From Polyangiales bacterium (GTDB lineage: Bacteria > Myxococcota_A > Polyangia > Polyangiales > JADJQN01): DNA of 64,000 nt. The position numbers were made by a program, and so were the translations under genes. Each line of letters starts with the position of its first letter. The stretch's first letter is position 1. Below are positions 32,612-44,343 of the stretch, piece after piece. The notes below the pieces were generated by a model, which did no database searches, had not been told where the DNA came from, and saw nothing but the letters and a program-made list of their open reading frames with translations. Location of the stretch: contig CAXNJO010000001.1 of the NCBI GenBank assembly GCA_964202905.1, forward strand, positions 608,001 through 672,000, written 5' to 3'.

Positions 32612-33931
32612 GTGCGTCCGCGCCGCGCCGTGTCGTCTCCCGTCCCGTGGCTGCTCGCGGCGAGCGTGGTTTGGGGGGCATTTCCCGTCGTTTCCGCGCA
32701 GCCGCGCGGCGCGGCGAGCGCGGGGCTCGCGCCGCGTGACTCGGCGGTGCGCTCGCTGCGCGTCATCGAGGAGGGCACCGTGGTGCGCGTGGAGCCGCGC
32801 GAGGGCGGCGCGCGGCGCGGGACGCTCGTCGCCGGCACGCTCGTCGCGGCAGGGAGGCGCGTCGCGGGCGCAGGTTGCCCGACGGGCGTGTGGGTCGAGG
32901 TCGCCGCGGACGCGTGGCTGTGCGAGTCGGCGACGGAAGGCGCGCGCGCCGCGCCCGCCGGGGCCGCGCAGCCGCCGCTCGGGCCGGACGCGCTGCTGCC
33001 GTTCGCATACGCGTTCGTCGGCTTCGACGCGACGCGCGCCTACGCGCGGCCCTCCGATTACGACGCCGACGAGTACGCCGAGGCCTACGGCGAGGGCTTC
33101 GGGCTCGCGGTGCGCGGGCGGGCGACGTACGCGGGCGTGCCCTTCGTCGTCACGCGCGCGGGGCGCTACGTGCCCGAGGAGGGGCTGCGCTTCGCCCGGG
33201 CGAGCGACTTCGCGGGCGTCGCGCTCGCGGGGGATGCGCCGCTCGACGTCGCGTGGGCGCGCCGCGATGGCGTCGTCGTGCTGGGCGCGCCGCGCCGTGG
33301 CCGGCCGCTCGCGCGCCTCACGCGCCTCTCCCGTGTGCGCGTGCTCGGCGAAGCGCGCGGGATGCTGCGCGTCTCCCTCGACGACGCTGCCGCGACCCGT
33401 TTCGCCGCCAACACGGACGCCAACACCCCGCCGCTGACCGGCTACGTCGCCGCGCGCGACCTCGTGCGGCCCCTCGTCGTGCCGCGCCCCGCGGAGGTCG
33501 CCGCAGGCGAGCGCTGGCTCGACGTGGACACCGCGACGCAGACGCTCGTCGCGTACGAAGGCGACCATCCGCGCTACGCGACGCTCGTCTCGACGGGCCG
33601 CGCGGGCCCCGCGACCGAGACGCCGCGCGGCGTGCACCGCATCTGGGTGAAGCTCGCGACGAGCGACATGGACGACCTCGAGCGCGAGGACGTCGAGCGC
33701 AACTACCGCATCGAGGCGGTGCCGTGGGTGCAGTTCTTCGCGGGCTCCGCGGGCCTGCATGCGGCCTTCTGGCACGACGCGTACGGCACGCGGCACAGCC
33801 ACGGCTGCGTGAACCTCTCGCCGCGCGACGCGCGCGCGCTCTTCGACTTCACCGGGCCCGCGCTGCCGCCCGGCTGGAGCGCGGTGCTGCCATCGGCCCG
33901 CGATCGCGGCACCGTGGTGCGCGTGCGCTGA
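32612..33931 (+). CDS. L,D-transpeptidase family protein
   Basis: ATLVSTG, TPRG, LHAAFWH...SHGCVNLSP; start codon uncertain. Confidence 0.85.
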   Translation: MRPRRAVSSPVPWLLAASVVWGAFPVVSAQPRGAASAGLAPRDSAVRSLRVIEEGTVVRVEPREGGARRGTLVAGTLVAAGRRVAGAGCPTGVWVEVAADAWLCESATEGARAAPAGAAQPPLGPDALLPFAYAFVGFDATRAYARPSDYDADEYAEAYGEGFGLAVRGRATYAGVPFVVTRAGRYVPEEGLRFARASDFAGVALAGDAPLDVAWARRDGVVVLGAPRRGRPLARLTRLSRVRVLGEARGMLRVSLDDAAATRFAANTDANTPPLTGYVAARDLVRPLVVPRPAEVAAGERWLDVDTATQTLVAYEGDHPRYATLVSTGRAGPATETPRGVHRIWVKLATSDMDDLEREDVERNYRIEAVPWVQFFAGSAGLHAAFWHDAYGTRHSHGCVNLSPRDARALFDFTGPALPPGWSAVLPSARDRGTVVRVR

Positions 33932-34033
33932 CGGCGTCGCCGCCCACCGTCCGCGCGTCGCCCCGCCGCTGAACCGCCATTCATCGGCGCTGAACGTTGA
34001 TTCATTTGCCGCCGCGGGCGTAGCCTCGGGCCC

Positions 34034-35266
34034 ATGTCGCTGCGCGGTCGCCTCCTCGTCACGCTCGCGTCTCTCGTGCTCGTTCCCGTCGCGCTCGCCG
34101 CGTGCGGCGACGACGACGGTGTCGTCCCGGTGCCGCCCCCGCTCGACGGCGGCGCGGATCTCGGCGGCGACGTCGACCTCGGCGCCGACCTCGACGCGGG
34201 TCCACCCGCCACCGACGCGGGCGCGCGGCCGACGACGTCGCCGGGCTACGAGCCGGGCGCGCCGCTCACCGCGACGCCGGGCGCGTGGACGTGGATCGAC
34301 TTCCCCGACGCGCGCTGTCAGGACGGCTCGCCCACCGGCCTCGGCGTGAACCCGAGCCCCACCGGCTCCGACCGGTTGGTCATCTACCTCGAGGGCGGCG
34401 GCGCCTGCTTCAACGACCTCACCTGCGCGACGGTCGCGAACCCGAACGGCTTCGGCGCGGCCAACTTCGCGGGTGGTCCGCGCGGCGGGATCTACAACCG
34501 GAGCGACGCCACCAACCCCTTCCGCGACTGGAACATCGTCTACGTCCCGTACTGCTCGGGCGACATCTTCGCGGGGAACAACCCCGTGCCGCAGACGCTC
34601 GCCGGCGTCGACAAGGTCTTCCTCGGCTACGTCAACATGGGGCTCTTCCTCAACCGCATCGTGCCGACGTTCGCGGACGCCTCGATGGTCGTGATCACCG
34701 GCTCGAGCGCGGGCGGCTTCGGCGCGGCGTTCAACTACGACCGCGCGCAGGCGGCCTTCGGCGACGTGCCGGTGCACCTGCTCGACGACTCGGGCCCGAT
34801 CATGTCGCCGACGTTCTTGAAGCCCTGCCTGCAGGACGCGCTGCGCGACACGTGGAACCTCGACGCGACGCTGCCGCCGACGTGCACCGAGTGCCGCACC
34901 CGCGGCACGGGCCTCTCCAACGCGCTGCCGCACGTCATCGCGCGGCACCCCGACCGCCGCTTCGCGCTGCTCTCGTCGACGCGCGACAACGTGATCCGCT
35001 TCTTCATGGGCTTTGGCCTGAGCACCGACTGCGGCACGGCCGAGAACTTCCCCGGCACGGACTTCACCGCGGGCCTGCTCGAGCTGCGCGACACCACGCT
35101 CGCGGACGCGCCCAACTTCCGCACCTGGTACATCGCCTCGTCGGAGCACACCTGGCTGAACCGCGACCCGTCCTACATGGCGCCGGGCACGCCGCCGGTG
35201 CCGGTGCGCGAATTCATCCAGCAGTTCATCGACGGCGACGCGGGCTGGGGCCACGTCGGCCCGTGA
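34034..35266 (+). CDS. Pectin acetylesterase / Notum-like lipoprotein
   Basis: Lipobox LAAC; CQDGSPTG, YLEGGGAC, VYVPYCSGD, GSSAGG. Confidence 0.85.
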   Translation: MSLRGRLLVTLASLVLVPVALAACGDDDGVVPVPPPLDGGADLGGDVDLGADLDAGPPATDAGARPTTSPGYEPGAPLTATPGAWTWIDFPDARCQDGSPTGLGVNPSPTGSDRLVIYLEGGGACFNDLTCATVANPNGFGAANFAGGPRGGIYNRSDATNPFRDWNIVYVPYCSGDIFAGNNPVPQTLAGVDKVFLGYVNMGLFLNRIVPTFADASMVVITGSSAGGFGAAFNYDRAQAAFGDVPVHLLDDSGPIMSPTFLKPCLQDALRDTWNLDATLPPTCTECRTRGTGLSNALPHVIARHPDRRFALLSSTRDNVIRFFMGFGLSTDCGTAENFPGTDFTAGLLELRDTTLADAPNFRTWYIASSEHTWLNRDPSYMAPGTPPVPVREFIQQFIDGDAGWGHVGP

Positions 35267-35354
35267 GCGTCGCGAGGTCGCGCGTCTCGCGACGAACCAC
35301 GTCGGAGCCGGCTGGGTGGACCCCCGCGGCGTGGCTGTCTACAGTGACGCCCTG

Positions 35355-36263
<909 letters not shown>

Positions 36264-36266
36264 GTC

Positions 36267-37302
36267 ATGCCGCGCGTTCTCCTCATCGACGACCACAAGA
36301 CGGCGCGCATCGCGCTGCAGACGGCGCTCGAGCCGTTCGGATTCGACGTCGAGCAGGCCGACGGCGGCCCCGCGGGCCTGCAAAAAGCGCTCAGCGCGCG
36401 CTGGGACCTGATTTTCCTCGACCTCGAGATGCCGGTGATGGACGGGGCGACGGTGCTCCGCCTCGTGCGCGCGCGCGACGCGCGGACGCCGATCGTGCTC
36501 GTCACGAGCGTGTCGTCGACGCCGGTGCTCACGGCGACGATGCGCCTCGGCGCGACGAGCTATCTCCCGAAGTCGCTGCCGCCCGCGCAGCTGCGCGCGG
36601 CGGTCGCGAAGCTGCTCCAGGTCGAGCCCCCGCGCCTCGACGCGCCCGGTCCGCGCGTGCTCGTCTACACCGCGGACGACGCGCTCGCGCGCGTGCTCTC
36701 CGCGCGTCTGCCCGCCAACGTGCAGGTCTCCTCGGAGTCGAACGTCGAGTCGCTGCTGGAGCTGTGCGCGCGCCGCGGCCCGGGGCTCGTGCTGCTCGAC
36801 GACGCCACGCGGAGCGAGGGGCTGCACGTGGCGGCGGCGTCCGTCCGCGCGATGGCGCCGATGCGCGGGGGTGTTCGTCCTCCGCGAGGACGCGCCCGCC
36901 GAGGGCAGCTGGAGCGACGACGACCAGATCGATGGCGCCGTGCCGCGCGGATTCGGCGAGGTGCTCGGCTACGAGCTGCTCTACCTGAACTTCCTGCGCC
37001 CGCTCGTCTTCCTCGAGGAGCGCAAGGTGCGCGCGGCCTCCTTCCAAGGCGACGAGGCCCATCTCCCCGCGTATTTCTGCGCGCTCGGGCGGCAGCTCGT
37101 GGCCCGCTGCGCGCGGCTCGAGCGCGCCGACGCGCTCCGCATCGAGCTCCACGCCGTCCCCGATGGGGCCGGCCTCGTGCCGATGATCGCGGGCGTCAGC
37201 CACGCGCTCGCCGGGCACGGGACGCAGCCGTGGTTCGACCTGCGCGCCGCGCACGAGCCGCTCAAGTTCGATCCTTCGCTCGCCGAGGTCTTCTTCCTCT
37301 GA
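36267..37302 (+). CDS. Response regulator with unknown C-terminal output (frameshift near 36865)
   Basis: LIDD...FLDLEMPVMDG...YLPK receiver; continuation in the 36871-37302 frame. Confidence 0.7.
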
Positions 37303-37330
37303 GCGGCGCGCCGCTGCGTGGCGTCGCGCG

Positions 37331-38908
37331 TCAGCCCGCGGCGAGGTAGATGCGCAGGGTCTCGGCGGCGTCGCGTTTGTCGAAGGGTGCGCCCGCGAGC
37401 TCCGCGCGGCGCGAGACCGCGGCGAACAGCGCTTCGAGCCAGGTGTGGAGCGCCCGGCACTCGGCCGTCGCGGCCGCCATGCGCGCGCGGTCGAGCAGGT
37501 CCACGTCGCGGAGCGACTCGAGCGACGCGAGAAAGGGCTCGAGCCGCCCGTAGTCGCCGAGGCGCACGAGCTGATAGCCGATCGCGCGGAAATGCTGGAG
37601 GAAGTCGCGCACGAAGGAGAAGCTCCCTGCGCCCGCCCACCGATCGACGGACTCGAGCGACGCGCTCGCCTTCGCGTCGAACGCACGCAGCACCTGCACG
37701 AACATCCACACCTCGCGGCGCAGCCGCTCGCTCGCCGCGCGCCGCGCCTCGGCGTCGAGCGCGAGCTCGGGCGGCGGCGCCGCCGGACGCAGCTCGGCGC
37801 AGAGCACGCGCAGCGCGTGCTGGAGCGCCGCGCGCACCTGCGCCGCGACCACGATGAGTTGCGGTGCGAGCGCCGCGACCGGCAGGTCGGGCGCGGGCGG
37901 CGGCACGTCACGCTCGAAGGCTTTGCGCATCTCGACGCGCAAGGTGCTCGCGACCGTGTCGAGGACCGCGCGCAGGCGCGCGAGCCCGCGGAGCTGCGCC
38001 TCGAGCGCGTCCGCGTGCGCCGAGAGATGCGCCGCGTCGAGGGCGAGTAGCTCGTGCTCGGCGCCATCGGCGATCTGGTCCGCGGCGCGCCGCGAGAGAA
38101 AGCGCGTGAGCGCCCGCAGGTCGCTGCGCAGCACGGCGAGCAGCACGTAGGCGCGGCGCACGGACTCGCCCTCCGCGGCGCAGACCTCGACGAGCGCCAC
38201 GTAGCGGAGCGCACGCGACAACGCGAGGAAGGTGAGCGCGGCGACGCGGTGTGCGGCCTCGCTGGAGATCGCGTGCAGCGCCTCGAGCGCCTCGGGGCTG
38301 CGCAGCCGGTCGAACTCGGGCCGGAACTCGAGCGTGACGAGCGGGTCGAAGTACGCGTTGCGCCCGACCTCCCGGGTGATCGTGGCGTGCAGCGCGAGAA
38401 ACGCGCGCTCGGGCACGCGACCCGCGCGGAGCAGCCCGTCCGCGAGCTCGACGAAGTCCCCGAACGCGCTCCGCAGCGCGAGCAGCGACTCGTCGGGCGT
38501 GCCCTGCGAGAGCGGCTCCTTCACGAGCCGGCTGCGCGCCGCGTCCTCGGGCAGCGCGCCGCCGAGGGACCGCGCGAAGGTGCTCGTTTGAGTTCGTTCG
38601 CCGAGCAGCACCCGACACAGCGCGCCCGCCCGCTCGAGCGCGTCGCGCACGATGCGGAGTTCGGCGTGGTGGTCGTGCTCCGGCGGCACCGAGCGCGCGG
38701 GCGGGCCCGGGTGGTTGCGCGGATTGCCGAAGCAGACGAGCCCCTTCAGCAGCATCTCGAGCTCGAAGAGCGTCTCTTCCTTGCGCTCCGAGGAGAGCGC
38801 GTCGAACCAGCTCTCCCGCGCCCGCGCCTGCTCGCGCGGGAGCCGACGCGAGTCGCGCAGGAGGTGCGCGTGGACGTCTCGCTCCGAGGTGCTCGCGGGA
38901 CGGAGCAT
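37331..38908 (-). CDS. Hypothetical all-helical cytoplasmic protein
   Basis: 525-aa ORF with natural composition and a TAGACT box 10 nt upstream; family not recognised. Confidence 0.75.
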   Translation of the reverse strand: MLRPASTSERDVHAHLLRDSRRLPREQARARESWFDALSSERKEETLFELEMLLKGLVCFGNPRNHPGPPARSVPPEHDHHAELRIVRDALERAGALCRVLLGERTQTSTFARSLGGALPEDAARSRLVKEPLSQGTPDESLLALRSAFGDFVELADGLLRAGRVPERAFLALHATITREVGRNAYFDPLVTLEFRPEFDRLRSPEALEALHAISSEAAHRVAALTFLALSRALRYVALVEVCAAEGESVRRAYVLLAVLRSDLRALTRFLSRRAADQIADGAEHELLALDAAHLSAHADALEAQLRGLARLRAVLDTVASTLRVEMRKAFERDVPPPAPDLPVAALAPQLIVVAAQVRAALQHALRVLCAELRPAAPPPELALDAEARRAASERLRREVWMFVQVLRAFDAKASASLESVDRWAGAGSFSFVRDFLQHFRAIGYQLVRLGDYGRLEPFLASLESLRDVDLLDRARMAAATAECRALHTWLEALFAAVSRRAELAGAPFDKRDAAETLRIYLAAG

Positions 38909-38962
38909 GGCGCCCGTGAGTCTACGTGCTTTGCCGCGCGAGGCGACGGAAACCCCGCGCCT

Positions 38963-40216
38963 TCAGATCAGCAGCGGGCAGCCGAACTCGAAGCGCACGT
39001 TGCCCACGGTCCCGTCACGCAGCGCCTGACACGCGGTGCCCTCGAGCTCGATCGTGAGGCCGTCGTCGCTGAGCACGAAGCCGTCGCCGGTGTCGCGCGG
39101 GGTCGGCGCGTCGTCGAGGAAGACGTTGACGTTCGTGCGATCGGGCGGGGCCGAGGCGAGCGCGAAGCGGCACGAGACCTCGGCGTCCGAGATCGTGCCG
39201 AGCGCCGAGACGAGCGAGGCCGCGTCGCTCGCCGCGTAGTACGAGGGCGAGCCGCTGCGCGCGGTGCCGCCCGCGGAGGCCATCGCGTCGAGCACCCCTG
39301 CGTACTCCTCCGTGCCCGGGATGCCGACGACGTAGGTGCGGATCCCGCGATCGCGGAGGCTCCGGATCGCCGCGATCGTCGCGCCGTCGTCGAGGCAGCC
39401 GATGAAGCCGAGCGTGCCGCAGAACGCGCTCGAGGTCGTGCAGCGGCAGCCCGCTGAGCCCGCGCCACAGTTCGGCCCGCCGTCCGTCGCGAGCACGAGC
39501 ACCCCGTCGCTCGACCCGGCGAGCGAGGCCGCGGCCGTCTCGAGCGCGACGCGCGTGGGCGTGAACCCGCCCGCGCAGAGCGGCGCGTTCTCCGGCGCGG
39601 TCAGCGTGTCGCGGATGGCCGTCGCCGTGCGCAGCGCGGGCGCGACGAGCGTCGTGGGCGGACGCGCCGTGCAGAAGGAGTCCGGCGTCGCCGCGCCGGT
39701 GAGCGCGCCCGGCCCCGGGAAGACCGTGAGCCCGAAGGAGACACGGTCCTCGCGCGCGGCGGACACGTCCGCGACGGCGCCGCCGAGGTCGTCCCAGAGC
39801 GTGCGGTACGTGATGCCCGTCGCGGGGCGCGAGTTGGTGTCCGCGCAGGAGCCGCGGTCCGCGGCCGCCGGCATCAGCGCGCGATCGGCCGGGTTGAGCG
39901 TCGAGGACGAGCGATCGACCACGAACATCAGCTTCGCGGGCAGGCGCTCGAGCGCGATCGCCTCGCCGCCGCAGAGCACGTTGCCATCGGGTAGGATGGT
40001 GATGCCTCCGTCGCGTGGTGGCCCCGCGTCGAAGTCGGGCGGGCGTGGGCCCCCATCGGGGCCGCCGTCGAAGCCGCCGCCGTCGAGGCGCGTCGGCGGG
40101 CGATCGCTGCGCGTCTCGGTCGTGCAGGCGCCGGACAGCGCGGTGACGATCGTGAGCGCGGCCGACGTGGCGCGCGCGCGGCGGTGTGCGGAACTCGTGT
40201 GGATCGCATGGCTCAT
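38963..40216 (-). CDS. vWA-domain lipoprotein (CglB-like)
   Basis: Lipobox SGAC; MIDAS DRSSS, FTPT, ATDGGPNC; TYVVGIPG; LDAMASAGGT; SCRF C-terminal domain. Confidence 0.82.
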   Translation of the reverse strand: MSHAIHTSSAHRRARATSAALTIVTALSGACTTETRSDRPPTRLDGGGFDGGPDGGPRPPDFDAGPPRDGGITILPDGNVLCGGEAIALERLPAKLMFVVDRSSSTLNPADRALMPAAADRGSCADTNSRPATGITYRTLWDDLGGAVADVSAAREDRVSFGLTVFPGPGALTGAATPDSFCTARPPTTLVAPALRTATAIRDTLTAPENAPLCAGGFTPTRVALETAAASLAGSSDGVLVLATDGGPNCGAGSAGCRCTTSSAFCGTLGFIGCLDDGATIAAIRSLRDRGIRTYVVGIPGTEEYAGVLDAMASAGGTARSGSPSYYAASDAASLVSALGTISDAEVSCRFALASAPPDRTNVNVFLDDAPTPRDTGDGFVLSDDGLTIELEGTACQALRDGTVGNVRFEFGCPLLI

Positions 40217-40235
40217 CTCGTGTCTCCGCGCACGC

Positions 40236-41351
40236 TCAGAACAGCGTGTAACACTCGCGCACGATGCGGAGCGCGTGCGTGCCGCCGTCGCGGAGCGTGT
40301 CGCACGCGGCGCCCGTCAGCTCGACGGTGCGCTCACCCGTGAGCCGCCACGCGCCCGGGCCCATCGAGATCGACTCGTGCGGCACGTCCATGCCGTCGAG
40401 CGTGACGTGCACGTACTGGATGACGGGCACCTCCTCGAGATCGTACGAGCACGACACGATGCTGCCGGCGATGTCGCCGAGCGCCGTCGTGAGCGACGGG
40501 CCGTCGCTCACCTCGATGTGCGTCGGGTAGGCGGTGCCGCCGGCGGCGGCCATGCGGTCGAGCACGTCGGCCCACTCGCTCGTGTCGTAGCCGACGACGA
40601 AGGTCGGGATGCCCGCGGCCTCGAGCGCCTCGATCGCCGCGATCGTCCGCACGTCGTCGACGCAGAGGCGCGGGTTGTTCGGGATGTTGCCCGCGTAGCG
40701 GCAGGTCGAGGCGTTGAGCGCGTCGTTGCAGTTCGGCGCGCCATCGGTGACGAGGAGCACGTAGCTGCGCCCCTCGACCGACGCGAGCGCGGCGCGCGCG
40801 GCGTCGAGCGAGACGGCCGTCGGCGTCCACGAGCCGGTGAGCGTGTTGGGGTCGCCGGTGAGCTCCGCCGCGATCGCGCTCGCGGTGCCCGACGCGGGCG
40901 CGACGTCGACCTTGCCCGCGCCGCAGAGCGTGGAGCCGGCCGGCGCGTCGGGGTTCGCGAAGAGCATGAGGCCGAAGTTCACGCGGTCGTCGAGCGTGGC
41001 GGTCACCTCGCGCAGCGCCGTGACCGCGGGGTTCCAGCGGTCGACGCCGGCGATCCCCGTGCTCGCCTCGCGGTACATGCTCGACGAGCGGTCGAGCACG
41101 ACGAGCACGTTCGCGGTCCCTGGCAGCGCGCGCACGTCGAGCGCCTCGCACGCGCCGTCGTACTCCGGCACCACGACGTCGCGGCCGCCGAAGTCGACCG
41201 CGCCGCCGTCTCCACCGCCACCTCCGCCCCCGCCCCGCCGCGCGTCGTCGCGCCCGGTGCAGCCGGTGTCGAGCGCGACCGAGCCGAGGCAGGCGAGGAG
41301 CAGCGCGGACCGTGCGAGCGTGGGCCGGGCGGACGCGAGAGTGAGCGGCAT
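40236..41351 (-). CDS. vWA-domain lipoprotein (CglB-like), paralog
   Basis: SD GGAGG; signal ending TGC; DRSSSM, WTPT, VTDGAPNC, LDRMAAAGGT, SCSY. Confidence 0.82.
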   Translation of the reverse strand: MPLTLASARPTLARSALLLACLGSVALDTGCTGRDDARRGGGGGGGGDGGAVDFGGRDVVVPEYDGACEALDVRALPGTANVLVVLDRSSSMYREASTGIAGVDRWNPAVTALREVTATLDDRVNFGLMLFANPDAPAGSTLCGAGKVDVAPASGTASAIAAELTGDPNTLTGSWTPTAVSLDAARAALASVEGRSYVLLVTDGAPNCNDALNASTCRYAGNIPNNPRLCVDDVRTIAAIEALEAAGIPTFVVGYDTSEWADVLDRMAAAGGTAYPTHIEVSDGPSLTTALGDIAGSIVSCSYDLEEVPVIQYVHVTLDGMDVPHESISMGPGAWRLTGERTVELTGAACDTLRDGGTHALRIVRECYTLF

Positions 41352-41375
41352 GGTCGGACCTCCAACAGGCAGCTT

Positions 41376-41404
41376 GGAGACACGGCGATGACACTTCGAT
41401 AACA
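41376..41404 (-). promoter_or_regulatory. Three direct repeats at 11-bp period (OmpR/PhoB-type wHTH site)
   Basis: Minus strand TGTTATC-gaag-TGTCATC-gccg-TGTCTCC in the short gap between the vWA genes and the wHTH regulator. Confidence 0.55.
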
Positions 41405-41414
41405 TCTCCGCGTC

Positions 41415-44265
41415 ATGCCCCGGAGGCCCCGCGCGCCGCACGGCGCACCCGCACCGCGCACGGCCGGGTCGATGCCCGACGCGACGTCGGAGGCGGCGCC
41501 GGCGGCGCTCGACGCGGCGAGGCGCGACGTGCTCCGCGCCTACTGCGCGCGCGACGCGGCGTTGCGCGTCGTCGGCGCGGCGGCGCTCGCGCTGCACCTC
41601 GGGCGACCGCTGCCCGCGCGGGTCGTCGCGCGCTCGCCCCGCGCGCACCGTGTGCGGGGCGCCCCGTCCGCCTGGCTGAGCGTGCGGCGCCGCGCCGAGC
41701 CCGAGCCCGCGCGGTCGCCGCGGGCGCTGCCCGTCCGGGAGGGGATCCGCTGCGGCGCCCTCGACGAGGCGTGGCTCGAGGCGCTCGACGGCGGAGAGCA
41801 TGCGGTGCCGCCGAACTGGCATGGGGCGGCCGCGCGCGCGCTCGAGCCGGGCGGGGCCGCGCGCATCGCGCTCGAGGCCGGGCGTCGCGGGTGCACGCCA
41901 TCGCTCGCGCGGGCCGCATACTTCCTCGCCGTCGTCCGCGGCGCGCCGATCGTCGCCCGGCCCGCGGAGCCGGTGCTGCTGTACCCGGAGGGGCCGCGCC
42001 GCGGCGAGACGGATCCGGCGACGCGCGTCCGCGTCAACGGCGCGCCCGGCGTGTCGCTGCCCGCGTCCGCGGTCGACGCGCTCGCGGGCGCGGTGATGGC
42101 GGGCGCGTCTGCGGGGGTGTGTGAGGCGCTGCGGCTCGCGCGGGTCGGCGTCACGCTCGACGCGGCGCTCCTCGTGCTCTGCGAGGAGGAGGCGGCGGAA
42201 CCGTCGGTCTCCGCACGACCACGCGCGGTCCCGCTGGGCGCACGCGCGCGACGCGGCGCCGGCGCCGCGCGGCTCGCGGTGCTCGTGGCGGGCGGCGTGC
42301 TCGAGCCGACCGAGGACGGCGCGCGCTACACGCTCGTCGCGCCGCTCGACGCCGCATCGTGGCCGCTGCCGCAACCCGACACGCTGCAGCGCGCGCGGGG
42401 CGTGCTCGCCGTGTCGGCGGAGCCCGCGCGGCGGCTCGAGGCGCTCACGCTCGATGTCGCGCTCGCGTCGCCGCCCGACGTGCCGCGCGTGCTGGCGCTC
42501 GCGGTCGCGGCGCTCGAGCGTGGCGACACGGTCACCGTCGCGCGCTGGCGCTCGCTGGCCGAGCCGCACGCGCCGCGGCTCGCGCGCGCGCTGCACCTGC
42601 GGATCCTCGAGAACCACGGGCGTCTGCGCGAGGCGCTCGCGCTCGCACGCGCGGCCGTGCGCGAGGCGGGCGCGCCGGACGCGTCGCGCGCCGCGGCCCT
42701 GCTCGATCGCGCGCGGCTCGCGTGGCGCGTCGGTCAGCCGCGCGAGGCCACGGCCGCGCTGCGTGCCCTGCGCCGCGCCGCCCGGGGTCCGGAGGGCGCG
42801 GCGCTGCGCCTCGAGGCCTCGCTGCTCCGCGCGACGATCGCGCTCGAGCGTGGCGCGATCACGCGGTCGCGCGTCGCGCTCGCCGCCGCGCGCGGGATGG
42901 CGGAGGAGTCTGGCGACGACGAGGCGCTCGCGCGCGTCTTGCGGCGTCTCGGCACGCTCGAGGCGCGCACCGGGCGGCCCGCCGCGGCCGCGGGTGCGTA
43001 CCGTGCGGCGCTCGCCGCCCTCGCGCGGGTCACGCAGCCGCTCGACGCGGGGCTCGCGCCGCTGCTCACCGCGAACCTCGCGACGATGGAGTCGTGGCTC
43101 GGTCGCGTCGACGTCGCGCGCGCGCTCTACGAGGACGCGCTCGCGCAGCGTCGCGACCGGCCGCTCGAGGCGCTCAACACGCGCGCGGCGCTCGCGCTGC
43201 TCGAGGCGAGCCGTGGCGTGCGCCCCGCCGAGGGCGCCTTCGGTCCGCTGCTCCGCGAGGCCGAGCGGCTCGGCGATCCGCGTCTGCGCGCCGAGCTCGC
43301 GAGCTACCGCGTCGAAGAGCTCGTGTTCGAGGGGCGCCTCACGCAGGCCGAGGGCGTGCTGGGGGCGGCGCGGGCGGCGCTCGCGGATCTCGGCGGCGCG
43401 GAGCTGATCCTCGACGCGATGGTCGACGTCACCGAGGGGCTGCTGCGGGCGCGGCGCGGCGAGCGCGGCGCGGCGGCGCGGCTCGCGTCGGCGGTCGATC
43501 GGCTCGCGTCCGGTGACGCGCGCTACCACGCGGCGCGCGCGGCGCGGCTCGCGGCGACGGCGCTCGTGTGGCTCGGCGAGGACGCCGGCGCGATCGGCTG
43601 GATCGCGCGCTGCGCGGCGCTCGGCGAGGCGGGAGGCTTCGCCCTCGGCGACGCGCTCCCGCACGTCGTCGCGCTGGCGCTCGCGGCGCTGCGCGGGAGG
43701 GCGGCGCGGCGGCGCACGCGGTCGAGGCGCTCGACCGGCTCGGCCCAGTCCGCGTCGAGGCCGCGCTCCGCCGCGAGGGCCGCGCCGACCTCGCGCGCGC
43801 TCGGGCCGCGCAGCGACTCTCGCTGCCGACCGGCGCGCTGCTCCGTGCGCTCGGTCCCGAGGGCACGCGCGCGCTCACCGCCGTCGAGCGCGACGCGCTG
43901 ATCGCCGCGGGGAGGACGTCGTGCTCGATCGCGCCCGCGGCCTGCTCTTCGTGCCCGGCAGCCCGCCGCGCCGCCTCGACCGCATGCGCTCGCTCGAGCC
44001 GCTCCTCGCGTACCTCGTCGCCCGCCGCCCCGAGCCGGTCGACGTCGACGAGCTCGCGCGCGTCGTCTGGACCCAGCGCCCGAGCCGCTCCGTGGTCGGC
44101 GCGATCACGACCTCCGTCGCGCGGCTGCGCGCGCTGCTCGGCCCCGCCGCGCCCGTGCGCACCCACGGCGTCGGTCTGCGCCGCGCCTACGAACTCGCGC
44201 CGGAGGCCCGCGTCTGGCGCATCGACGAGGTCGGGGCCGCTCGCGTCGCTTCTCGCGCGCCCTGA
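41415..44265 (+). CDS. Large TPR-like regulator with C-terminal OmpR-type winged helix (frameshifts near 43710 and 43910)
   Basis: Helical repeats; C-terminus LLAYLVARRPEPVDVDELARVVW...ITTSVARLRALLG...VRTHGVG...YEL. Confidence 0.65.
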
Positions 44266-44343
44266 GCCGCGCCGCCCCGCGCGCCTCGACACGTCAACGT
44301 CGTTGTCATGTCTGCGCGCCGCCCCGCGCGCTCGGCCCTCTGC

